Shown: in pieces, positions 27,666-35,913 of the stretch
Numbering within the stretch: the stretch's first letter is position 1
Layout: every line of letters begins with the position of its first letter
Source of the DNA: Parcubacteria group bacterium
Lineage (GTDB): Bacteria; Patescibacteriota; Patescibacteriia; UBA1558; GWA2-36-10
Length of the DNA: 64,000 bases
Direction: 5' to 3'
Assembly (NCBI GenBank): GCA_003104935.1
Contig: PQAE01000007.1
Span: forward strand, 47,221 to 111,220
Program-made: the position numbers and the translations under genes
The notes under the pieces: generated by a model
Databases searched by the model: none
What the model saw: only the letters and a program-made list of their open reading frames with translations
What the model was told of the DNA's origin: nothing

Positions 27666-27984
27666 GAGAACAGAACAGATCGCTTCGCTCTTGGAAAGAA
27701 TTATCAATGAAATACTATTGCGCGACTTTGAACCCCCTTTAGGCACATTGGTCAGCGTCACTAGTGTCACCGTGGCCCCGGACATGAAAAATGCCACCGC
27801 CTATGTCAGTGTCATTCCTACTAATAAGTTGGGTTCTACGTTTGCTCTGGTAAAAAAATTCGGCTCCCACGTCCAGCATCAGCTCCGCCAAAAAATGCAG
27901 ACTAAAATCATCCCCAATATACACTGGGAGATCGATGACCGCGATCTCAAATATGCCAAGATAGACGAGGCACTACGAAGCTAA
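27646..27984 (+). CDS. rbfA: ribosome-binding factor A
   Basis: ...RTEQIASLLERIINEILLRDF...VSVTSVTVAPDMKNATAYVSV; follows infB. Confidence 0.8.
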   Translation: MKRSMSKRTEQIASLLERIINEILLRDFEPPLGTLVSVTSVTVAPDMKNATAYVSVIPTNKLGSTFALVKKFGSHVQHQLRQKMQTKIIPNIHWEIDDRDLKYAKIDEALRS

Positions 27985-28072
27985 AAACTCTCCTTGCCGG
28001 GTGAGTTTTTTAAAAATAAAGGATAAATCCCAGGGTTGACCCCAGTCCTTTTATCGGCTATAATGACCGGCT

Positions 28073-29038
28073 ATGGAAATCAACAAACTCACTAGTCGCG
28101 CCATCCTAACCGCTGTCCAACAAGCGACTAATATTTTAGTTATCGCTCATAAAAAACCGGATGGTGATACTCTGGGTTCCAACCTAGCCTTTACCAAATA
28201 TCTGCTTAGTGTCGGTAAAAAATTTACCAGCTTTTGCCTACACCCGGCACCATCCCACCTAGCCTTTCTACCTAATAGCCATCTGATCAGTAATGATCAC
28301 CTCACCTTTAGCCAAACTTTTGACCTGGTTATTTTGCTGGATTCCAGTAATTTAGAATATGCCGGCGTTGACAAGCTCATGACCGCACTCCGGCCGGGTT
28401 ATAAAATAATTAATATTGACCACCATGTATCCAATACTATGTTTGGCGATATTAATCTGGTGATCTATGAAGCCTCTTCTACCGCCGAGGTGGTCTACCG
28501 TCTTTTTAAAGACTGGGACATAGACTGGAGTGCGGGTATCGCTTCTTGCCTGGCCTGCGGCATGATCACCGACACCGGCGGATTTAAAAATCCTGCTACC
28601 AACTATATTACACTGCTGGCCGCTTCCGATTTAAAAAGCAAAGGAGCAAATATCCATCAGATTACCAAACAAGCTCTAGGTAGTACAAAGCTCAATAATC
28701 TCCGTTTGTGGGGACGGGCTCTAGAGCGGCTCAGGGACGTGCCACACTATAATCTGATTTATACTTGGCTGACTGAACAGGATTTTACAGAATGCGCTAC
28801 GGATGAATCGGCCGTGGACGGACTGTCAAACTTTTTGCATATTATCAAGGAGGGAAAAATAATTATGGTTCTGCGCCAAAGCAAGGTCGATACCATCAAG
28901 GGGTCACTGCGCACTACCAGTAATATTGACCTGACAAAAATAGCGGAAATTTTCGGTGGCGGCGGACACAAAAAGGCCGCCGGTTTCAGCTTGTCAGGCC
29001 GGCTAGAATGTAATGATGGTCAGTTAATTATCAAATAG
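28073..29038 (+). CDS. nrnA: DHH/DHHA1 bifunctional oligoribonuclease / pAp phosphatase
   Basis: NIDHHVSNTMFGD (DHH) and GGGHKKAAGF (DHHA1 GGGH). Confidence 0.75.
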   Translation: MEINKLTSRAILTAVQQATNILVIAHKKPDGDTLGSNLAFTKYLLSVGKKFTSFCLHPAPSHLAFLPNSHLISNDHLTFSQTFDLVILLDSSNLEYAGVDKLMTALRPGYKIINIDHHVSNTMFGDINLVIYEASSTAEVVYRLFKDWDIDWSAGIASCLACGMITDTGGFKNPATNYITLLAASDLKSKGANIHQITKQALGSTKLNNLRLWGRALERLRDVPHYNLIYTWLTEQDFTECATDESAVDGLSNFLHIIKEGKIIMVLRQSKVDTIKGSLRTTSNIDLTKIAEIFGGGGHKKAAGFSLSGRLECNDGQLIIK

Positions 29039-29953
29039 GAAAATCTTACTTAATAATTCTTTCCTTAATTCCCAAGTATTGGCGTGTTTCAGCACACCGA
29101 GGTACGACGGTGCGTTATTTTTATTTACTAAGCGTAAAATTCTTCTCTTTGTCTTAGTTCGTAAAACTCTATAATGCGGCAAGGTCACATAGCCCAAAAA
29201 ATCTATACCTTGACTGACTTTTCTGATACTTATTTTCCCTGGGTGTATATCTAATCGTAATTGATCCTTTAAAAATGTGTTTAATTCTTTCAAAATATTT
29301 GCTAAATAACCTTTATCTTTATGCAAAATTATAAAATCGTCACAATAACGAATATAAAATTTCTGTTTTAACCCGTGTTTTACAAATTGATCTAATTCAT
29401 TTAGATAAATATTGCCAAAAAGCTGACTAGTTACATTGCCTAAGGGTAGTCCCTTATTATCTGCCGAAGAAAAACTATTAATTATTTTCTTAATTAACCA
29501 CATAACATCGACTTCTTCCACTCTATTCTCTAACAAAGCTAATAGTATCTTATGATCTATATTATTGAAAAACTTCTTGATATCACATTTTAAAGCATAG
29601 ATCTTTTGGCTATAATTCAGGCTCGCTCTAAGCACAAAATTTCCTAATCGTTTAACCCCCTTGTGCGTGCCTTTTCCTATCCGACATGAATAAGAATCAT
29701 ATATAAATTGCTTGTTAAAAATATGATATAATATTCTATATAAAGCTTGATGAACCACTCGATCTCGCACCCCTGCTTTATGGATATGCCTGAGCTTGGG
29801 GTCACAAACATAAAAGGCCTGATAAGGTGCGTGATTATAAGTCTTGTCCACTAATTCTTGGTGAAGTTGAAAAATATTATCTTCAAGATTAAACTCAAAT
29901 TCCTGTGTTTCCACCTTTCTGGTCTTACCCCTTTTAAATTCACGCCAGGCCAA
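29024..29953 (-). CDS. diversity-generating retroelement reverse transcriptase (DGR-1); N-terminus lacks an ATG in the conserved frame
   Basis: RT motifs YALKCDIKKFFNNIDH, GLPLGNVTSQLFGNIYLNELD (the DGR-type xGxxxSQ rather than QGxxxSP) and YIRYCDDFIIL; ~50% identical to the RT at 45002-45988. The ORF-track start is TTG. Confidence 0.85.
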   Translation of the reverse strand: MAWREFKRGKTRKVETQEFEFNLEDNIFQLHQELVDKTYNHAPYQAFYVCDPKLRHIHKAGVRDRVVHQALYRILYHIFNKQFIYDSYSCRIGKGTHKGVKRLGNFVLRASLNYSQKIYALKCDIKKFFNNIDHKILLALLENRVEEVDVMWLIKKIINSFSSADNKGLPLGNVTSQLFGNIYLNELDQFVKHGLKQKFYIRYCDDFIILHKDKGYLANILKELNTFLKDQLRLDIHPGKISIRKVSQGIDFLGYVTLPHYRVLRTKTKRRILRLVNKNNAPSYLGVLKHANTWELRKELLSKIFLFDN

Positions 29954-30027
29954 AAATAAATTATCTAAAGAAATAACTTCATTAAAAAGACTATTATGAT
30001 TATACCCCCCCCCCTCATAAGATAGGT

Positions 30028-30369
30028 TTGCCTATTGTCCATGAGATTACTAATTTATACCGAGAATTATATATCACCCGCCACCAAATACCAAAGGCCG
30101 AACGCTATGGGATTTTTCAGAAAATAGAAAACACAGTATTAGACTGCCTAGAGATTGCCCTCACCGCGGCCTTGACCGAGAAAGACAAAAAATCAATATT
30201 ATTGGTGAGACTAAAAATAAAGATTGAAATCATACAAAAATTAGTAAGATTAATTAGAGAATTAGAAATTATCTCGGAAAGAAAACATATTCTTTTTTCA
30301 CAAAAATCCATAACAATTTCTAAAATGACCAGTGGCTGGCTTAAGTATTTAAATAAAGAGCCTATCTAG
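30028..30369 (+). CDS. Avd-like four-helix-bundle protein (accessory variability determinant), divergent from the RT
   Basis: 113 aa; PKAERYGIFQKIENTVLDCLEIALTAA resembles the Avd / 23S-IVS four-helix-bundle family; paralogous to 46050-46364 at the protein level only. Confidence 0.6.
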   Translation: MPIVHEITNLYRELYITRHQIPKAERYGIFQKIENTVLDCLEIALTAALTEKDKKSILLVRLKIKIEIIQKLVRLIRELEIISERKHILFSQKSITISKMTSGWLKYLNKEPI

Positions 30370-30385
30370 GCCCTTTATTTTTTGT

Positions 30386-30511
30386 GGAAACTTCTGCGCG
30401 ACCCCGCAAGTTGTCGTTGGCGTTATCCGGATTGTACCAGTTGACGTTCAGCTTGCTGTTGTCGCTGTTCCAGTTCACGTTCGGCACGTTACCATTGCGG
30501 TTACGCGAACC
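30386..30511 (-). repeat. DGR-1 template repeat (TR1)
   Basis: 126 bp matching 30840-30965 with about 20 mismatches; every mismatch is a T on the plus strand, i.e. an A on the transcribed minus strand. Confidence 0.85.
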
Positions 30512-30836
30512 TATTTTTTGTTAAGTCCCATCCAAAAACGTTAGATTATATCTATATAACCCAACGCCCCGGCTCTTTGACCGGGCAATGTGTGTGGATC
30601 TTTAAATCCAACCAGAATTTAACAAGCAGTTTCCTTTACCCCGTTAGAGACTTATCTCTAATGGGGTATTTTTTGGCAAATCGCTACCGAGCTAAGCCCG
30701 ACCGATTATATTAGCCATATCTTTATTATACGAAAAGGCGCCGATGATGCCAAGCTTGGTATAGCTTGTTCACCGACGCCTTATGTTTTGTACTTTCTAC
30801 CCCAACCCCGAGGGTTAAAGTAAAAAGTTACAAGGC

Positions 30837-31523
30837 TTAGGAAACTACTGCGCGACCCCGCAAGCCGTCGTCGGCGCTATCCGGATGGCACCAGTCGACG
30901 CACAGCTTGCCGAGGCCGCTGCTCCAGTACACGCACGGCACGCTACCATTGCGGTGACGCGAACCGGCGCAGAGCGTGGTGTTCTGGATGTCCAGATGCT
31001 TGTTGGTCTCCGAGTAGTATTTCAACTCGTAGACCAGTCTTTCCAGCAAAGTGATGCTGGAGATTTTTCGCTTCTGGAGATCATTGGCCGAGAGATTCTT
31101 CAGCTCTTCGTCTGCTTCCACGCGGTCGCGGACACGGATGGCGTAGGACGCCTCGGTGTTGCGATCGTTGTTAGGCACATCTTTGTCCAGATCATTTGTG
31201 TATGACCAAGACTTGAAGGCCTTGGAGCAGGCTTGGAAAGCCTGATTGATGGTCAGACCCTGGGGGATGAAGAGGACTCTGGTGAAGTCTTCTTGCTCTT
31301 CGGGAATGGAGACATCCGAGAAGTCCACGGACAGACGGAAGTACTTGCGGTAGAACTCCTGCCATTCCTCTTGGATGGAGTTGATGGCGAAGGGGTTTTG
31401 GCGCTGAGCAAAGAGATCCAGCTCCCGCGGCGTGATGACTCCGCTCTTGATCTTGAGCAAAATATCGCTCATGGTACCAAGCACAGTGCCCGGCACCATA
31501 CCGACCGTCGCCTGCTTAGGCAT
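30837..31523 (-). CDS. DGR-1 target (variable) protein with a C-terminal C-type-lectin/FGE-like variable region
   Basis: C-terminus ...CAGSRHRNGSVPCVYWSSGLGKLCVDWCHPDSADDGLRGRAVVS is encoded by VR1 at 30840-30965, up to the stop at 30837. Confidence 0.8.
   Translation of the reverse strand: MPKQATVGMVPGTVLGTMSDILLKIKSGVITPRELDLFAQRQNPFAINSIQEEWQEFYRKYFRLSVDFSDVSIPEEQEDFTRVLFIPQGLTINQAFQACSKAFKSWSYTNDLDKDVPNNDRNTEASYAIRVRDRVEADEELKNLSANDLQKRKISSITLLERLVYELKYYSETNKHLDIQNTTLCAGSRHRNGSVPCVYWSSGLGKLCVDWCHPDSADDGLRGRAVVS
30840..30965 (-). repeat. DGR-1 variable repeat (VR1)
   Basis: Covers the 3' end of the target ORF; differs from TR1 only at TR adenine positions; GC-rich IMH-like 3' end CTTGCGGGGTCGCGCAG. 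Confidence 0.85.
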
Positions 31524-31627
31524 GATCAGTTTCCTTTATTTTGAGGTACAATTCTAGGTATTTCCTAGAACATATAATAATATCATATATTCACGATTTT
31601 GTCAATAGTTGCTAGTCCCCTATTATT

Positions 31628-31945
31628 ATGCTAAAAATAACAAGAAGAAAAGCGATGCGATATAAACAATACTATATCTATATTCTGGCCACATATAAAA
31701 ACGGTACGCTCTATACTGGTGTAACAAACAATTTAGTTAGAAGGGTTTGGGAGCATAAAAATAATATAACAAAAGGATTTACTGCTCGATACAATATTCA
31801 TAAATTAGTATATTTCGAAATATTTGAAGATATCTACGAAGCTATTTCTAGAGAAAAACAAATAAAAGCTGGTCCAAGAAAAAAGAAATTAGATTTAATA
31901 TACAACTTTAACCCTTTGTGGAAAGATTTATATAATAACCTCTAA
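31628..31945 (+). CDS. GIY-YIG nuclease family protein
   Basis: YYIYILATYKNGTLYTGVTNNLVRRVWEHK. Confidence 0.75.
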   Translation: MLKITRRKAMRYKQYYIYILATYKNGTLYTGVTNNLVRRVWEHKNNITKGFTARYNIHKLVYFEIFEDIYEAISREKQIKAGPRKKKLDLIYNFNPLWKDLYNNL

Positions 31946-32039
31946 CTAGCGTCTTTGCGAGGACGCAGGACGAAGCAAACCATAAGATTTTAGATTGCTT
32001 CGCCTGCAGTGCAGTCTCGCAATAGACTTACAAAAAAAT

Positions 32040-32612
32040 ATGCTCATACCAACAGTAATTGACAAAGTGCCCGGCGGAGAAAGAATCTATGATATCTACT
32101 CCCGTCTGCTCAAGGATAGAATTATTTTTTTAGGCGACCCTATTGACGACCATGTAGCCAATACGGTCATAGCCCAGCTCCTGTTTTTAGACGCCCAGGA
32201 CAAAACCAAACCCATTAAGATGTATATAAACTCTCCCGGCGGTTCTGTTACCGATGGCCTGGCTATTTATGATACTATGCAACACGTCAAAAGTCCGGTG
32301 TCCACGATTTGCGTGGGTATGGCCGCCTCCATGGGCGCCTTGCTCTTGGCCGCTGGCGCTTTCGGACAAAGATTTGCCTTGCCTAACTCGGAAATCCTAA
32401 TCCATCAGATCATGGGCGGCGCCACTGGTCAGGCTTCGGATATTAAAATAAAAGCCGAACAGATTTTGAAATTAAAAGATAAAATAAATAAAATTTTACA
32501 ACTACATACCAAACAACCGCTAAAAAAAATTGAGCAGGATGCTGACCGTGATTATTATATGACTGCCGAGGAGGCGCGCACTTACGGAATTATTGATAAA
32601 ATTATCAAATAA
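32040..32612 (+). CDS. clpP: ATP-dependent Clp protease proteolytic subunit
   Basis: [31 protein letters not shown]...[24 protein letters not shown]...[14 protein letters not shown] (Ser-His active-site context). Confidence 0.9.
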   Translation: MLIPTVIDKVPGGERIYDIYSRLLKDRIIFLGDPIDDHVANTVIAQLLFLDAQDKTKPIKMYINSPGGSVTDGLAIYDTMQHVKSPVSTICVGMAASMGALLLAAGAFGQRFALPNSEILIHQIMGGATGQASDIKIKAEQILKLKDKINKILQLHTKQPLKKIEQDADRDYYMTAEEARTYGIIDKIIK

Positions 32613-33177
32613 AACTTTCCCTACTTTTCATTATTTTTAAAATATGCTATTATAGTGGCCAAGATGAGCTTGAGGGTTTTTCAATCCTCGCTATAAACAG
32701 CTTGTCCAGGGACTGTCAGTGCCTGACACCATTTATAGTCGAAAGACTTTGCTTGATGTCAAGCTAAAAACTGACAGTCTTTTATTTTAAAAGTAGCGTG
32801 GGTCGAGTACCGACCCACACACCCCCTCTATCTCCCCTTGGTAAGGGGGAGGAGATTGAAGCGAAGCGGAAATCGAGGGGGTATTATCAGCTATCTGCCC
32901 TTGATTTTAATTAACCTTTATGTTAGAGTAGCCATTGAGGTTAAATAACCTCAATCAGATTTAATAAATAATTTACTGTTGTTTGGGAGATTGGATTATA
33001 CGCCTTTTGATTATCTGCTGACCAATGCCTCATTATTTGCACAGCCAGTCAATAGATTAATGACCCTAATAAAAAATTCTCTCTTATTAAATACCATTAT
33101 TTACTCTAAAGCCTAAGGTTTTGGTATTTTAGGTTATTTTTGACTCTCTCCCACAGTAAAAAGAAGGATACACTATC

Positions 33178-34692
33178 ATGGATCTTTTATGGTTAGGCAT
33201 CATGCTCTTAGCCGGTATGGTTATCGGCTATTTCGCCAAACAGATGCTGACCAGCCGAGCCATCCGTCTGGCCCAACAAAAGGCCGAGGCTCTTTTAAAT
33301 GATGCAAAAAAAGAAGCTAAGGATGTTGTTTTGGATTCCAAAGATAAAGCTTTACAGATTATCGAGGAGGCCAAGCAAGAAGAAAAGTTACGGCGTCAGC
33401 AACTCAATGATTTGGAAGACCGAGTGAGTAAAAGAGAATCTCTTTTTGACAAAAAAATCCTGGAGATCGAAGAAAGCAAACAAAAAATAGAACACGCTAA
33501 CCGCCAGTTAGTGAAAACTCGCGAAGAGATAACCAAGATAAAAGAAGAACAGCTGGCCAAACTGGAAAAAATCGCCGGTTTGAACCAGGAGGAGGCCAAG
33601 GAAATCCTGCTCAAAAACACCGAGGTACGCATCAAAGACGATTTGCTGAATCGCATCCGCAAATTGGAAAATGAGTCCAGCGAAGAGTTGGAAGCCCGCG
33701 CCCGTGACATCTTAAGCTCCGTCATCGAAAGGTGTGCTGCTCCTCACACGGTGGAAACTACCACTACGGCGGTTACTCTGCCAAATGATGAAATGAAAGG
33801 CCGAATCATCGGTCGTGAAGGCAGGAATATCAAAACCATCGAGCAATTAACCGGTGTAGAAATCATTATTGACGACACTCCCGGATCTATTTTAATTTCC
33901 GCGTTTAATCCGGTGCGCCGCCAGTTGGCCAAACGGGCTTTAGAACACCTTATGGCCGACGGACGCATCCACCCGGGACGCATCGAGGAAACTGTGGCGC
34001 AATCCAAAAAAGAACTGGCCTTAGACATCAAGCGGGCCGGTGAAGAAGCCGCTTATCAAACTGGTGTGGTCGGCCTGGATAATAAATTGATCCAAATCCT
34101 GGGACGCCTGAAATACCGTACCAGCTACGGGCAAAACCAATTACAGCATGCTATGGAGGTTTCCTACCTCTCGGGACTATTAGCTTCCGAACTCAAGGCC
34201 GACGTCACCGTCTGTAAAAAAGGCGGATTACTGCATGATATCGGCAAGGCTCTGGACCACGAAATCCAGGGTGCTCACCCCGATATCGGCTATGACCTGA
34301 TGAAAAAATTTGGTCTGCCGGAAGAAGTGGCCTATATGTCCGTAGCCCACCATGAAGACAAACCTCGGACACTGGAAGGCGTGATTGTAAAAATCGCTGA
34401 CGCCATCAGCGGCTCGCGCCCCGGCGCTCGCCGCGACTCTTTAGAAGAATATATTCAACGCCTAACCGAGCTGGAAGATACCGCTAAATCTTTTGCCGGG
34501 GTAGATAAAGCTTATGCTATCCAGGCCGGAAGGGAAATCCGCGTGTTTGTTTCTCCCGAACAGATAGACGACTTTGCCGCGGAAAAACTAGCCCAAGATA
34601 TAGCTCACAAGATAGAAAACGAGCTCAAGTACCCCGGTGAAATCCGCGTGACCGTCATCCGGGAAAAACGCACTATCGAATATGCCCGCTAA
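33178..34692 (+). CDS. rny: ribonuclease Y
   Basis: N-terminal transmembrane helix, coiled coil, KH (GRIIGREGRNIKTIE) and HD domain (HAMEVSYLSGLLA...GLLHDIGKA). Confidence 0.9.
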   Translation: MDLLWLGIMLLAGMVIGYFAKQMLTSRAIRLAQQKAEALLNDAKKEAKDVVLDSKDKALQIIEEAKQEEKLRRQQLNDLEDRVSKRESLFDKKILEIEESKQKIEHANRQLVKTREEITKIKEEQLAKLEKIAGLNQEEAKEILLKNTEVRIKDDLLNRIRKLENESSEELEARARDILSSVIERCAAPHTVETTTTAVTLPNDEMKGRIIGREGRNIKTIEQLTGVEIIIDDTPGSILISAFNPVRRQLAKRALEHLMADGRIHPGRIEETVAQSKKELALDIKRAGEEAAYQTGVVGLDNKLIQILGRLKYRTSYGQNQLQHAMEVSYLSGLLASELKADVTVCKKGGLLHDIGKALDHEIQGAHPDIGYDLMKKFGLPEEVAYMSVAHHEDKPRTLEGVIVKIADAISGSRPGARRDSLEEYIQRLTELEDTAKSFAGVDKAYAIQAGREIRVFVSPEQIDDFAAEKLAQDIAHKIENELKYPGEIRVTVIREKRTIEYAR

Positions 34693-35488
34693 AAAAACAA
34701 CTAAAATTATTTTTTTCGGTGATGTAGCCGGATCCTTTGGCCGCCGAGGAGTAAAAAAAATCATACCACTCTGGCAGGGAAAATATCAGCCCGATATTTT
34801 TGTGGCCAATGTAGAAAATCTGGCCCATCACAAGGGTGTGACCATCAAAACTCTGGAAGAATTGCGCTCGGCCGGGATAAAAGCCATGACCGGGGGCAAC
34901 CACATCTGGTCCAAACACGATATTGGCGATTTAGCCCGGGACACTGACTTTGCTTTAGCTTGTCCGCTCAATGATTCACGCACTCCTAAAAAATATTCCT
35001 TTCAATCTGTTCCGGTGGGTGATCAGCAATTGATTTTTATCAACTTGCAGGGCCAGACCTTTATGGAATCGGATTATACCAGCAACCCATTCCTGGCGAT
35101 TGACAAATTACTGCCTGAGTTGCCGGCTGAGGCGATGATTATTGTTGATGTCCATGCGGAAGCCACCAGCGAAAAACGGGCTCTGGGTTTTTATTTGGCT
35201 GGACGGATAGCGGCGGTCATCGGCACCCACACTCATGTGCCTACAGCCGACTCCCAGATTCTGGAAGGCGGCACTGCCTACATCTCTGATATCGGCATGA
35301 CCGGTCCGCTGGACTCTATCTTGGGTATAAAAAAGGAAGTGATTATTGAAAAATTTCTATCTAGTGATCGTATCCGCCATGAATTGCCGGAATCTGGTCA
35401 AACGGAAGTAAATGCGGTATTATTAGAAATAGATAATAGGAGTAAAAAAGCCGTACGAATCGAACACCTTCGCGAAATTATAGATTAA
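34682..35488 (+). CDS. ymdB: YmdB-family metallophosphoesterase (2',3'-cyclic-nucleotide phosphodiesterase)
   Basis: IIFFGDVAGSFGRRGV...GGNHIWSKHD...GTHTHVPTAD; conserved rny-ymdB pairing. Confidence 0.8.
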   Translation: MPAKKTTKIIFFGDVAGSFGRRGVKKIIPLWQGKYQPDIFVANVENLAHHKGVTIKTLEELRSAGIKAMTGGNHIWSKHDIGDLARDTDFALACPLNDSRTPKKYSFQSVPVGDQQLIFINLQGQTFMESDYTSNPFLAIDKLLPELPAEAMIIVDVHAEATSEKRALGFYLAGRIAAVIGTHTHVPTADSQILEGGTAYISDIGMTGPLDSILGIKKEVIIEKFLSSDRIRHELPESGQTEVNAVLLEIDNRSKKAVRIEHLREIID

Positions 35489-35560
35489 AATATACGAATC
35501 CTGTTAGAAGTTTACTGCCTATAACAGGATGAATACATAAAATAAGTAATCTCTAACAGG

Positions 35561-35839
35561 ATGAAGAAAGCCCAACTTATAGAAACTCTAGCCATCAAAG
35601 CCGGAGTAAGCAAAAAGCAAGCCGAGGACCTACTAGATGCTCTGCAAAGTTTAATTATCGAGAGAATGAAGCAAAGCCAGGAAACAACTCTGACCGGTTT
35701 TGGTACTTTTTCCGCCCGCGTACGCTCCGCTCGTTTAGGCGTCAGCCCCCAGCATCCGGACCAAAAAATTCAGATCCCCCAAGTCATCGTGCCCAAATTT
35801 AAAGCGGGTAAAACTCTCAAGGACGCTTTAAAAAAATAA
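35561..35839 (+). CDS. hupB: HU family DNA-binding protein
   Basis: MKKAQLIETLAIKAGVSKKQAEDLLDAL...GFGTFSARVRSARLG...NPQ...PKFKAGK. Confidence 0.85.
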   Translation: MKKAQLIETLAIKAGVSKKQAEDLLDALQSLIIERMKQSQETTLTGFGTFSARVRSARLGVSPQHPDQKIQIPQVIVPKFKAGKTLKDALKK

Positions 35840-35850
35840 TAAATAAAATT

Positions 35851-35905
35851 ACCCCGTCGCGCTCTGGTTGAGCTTAACTCGATTGAGTAAGACGGGGGTT
35901 TTTTG
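35851..35905 (+). terminator. rho-independent terminator after hupB
   Basis: CCCCGTCGCGC...GACGGGGG hairpin followed by TTTTTTG. Confidence 0.6.
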
Positions 35906-35913
35906 TTTTAAAA

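Noticed and set aside
25679-27797. Minus-strand ORFs 25679-26083, 25686-25886, 26321-26986, 27011-27238, 27327-27797
   Set aside because: Antisense to infB/rbfA, whose G-domain motifs are unambiguous on the plus strand.
29024-29953. Group II intron or retron origin for the two reverse transcriptases
   Set aside because: Motif 4 is LGNxTSQ (DGR type), not QGxxxSP. No intron RNA domains or msr/msd structure are nearby. Cognate TR/VR pairs with adenine-specific mismatches were found for both.
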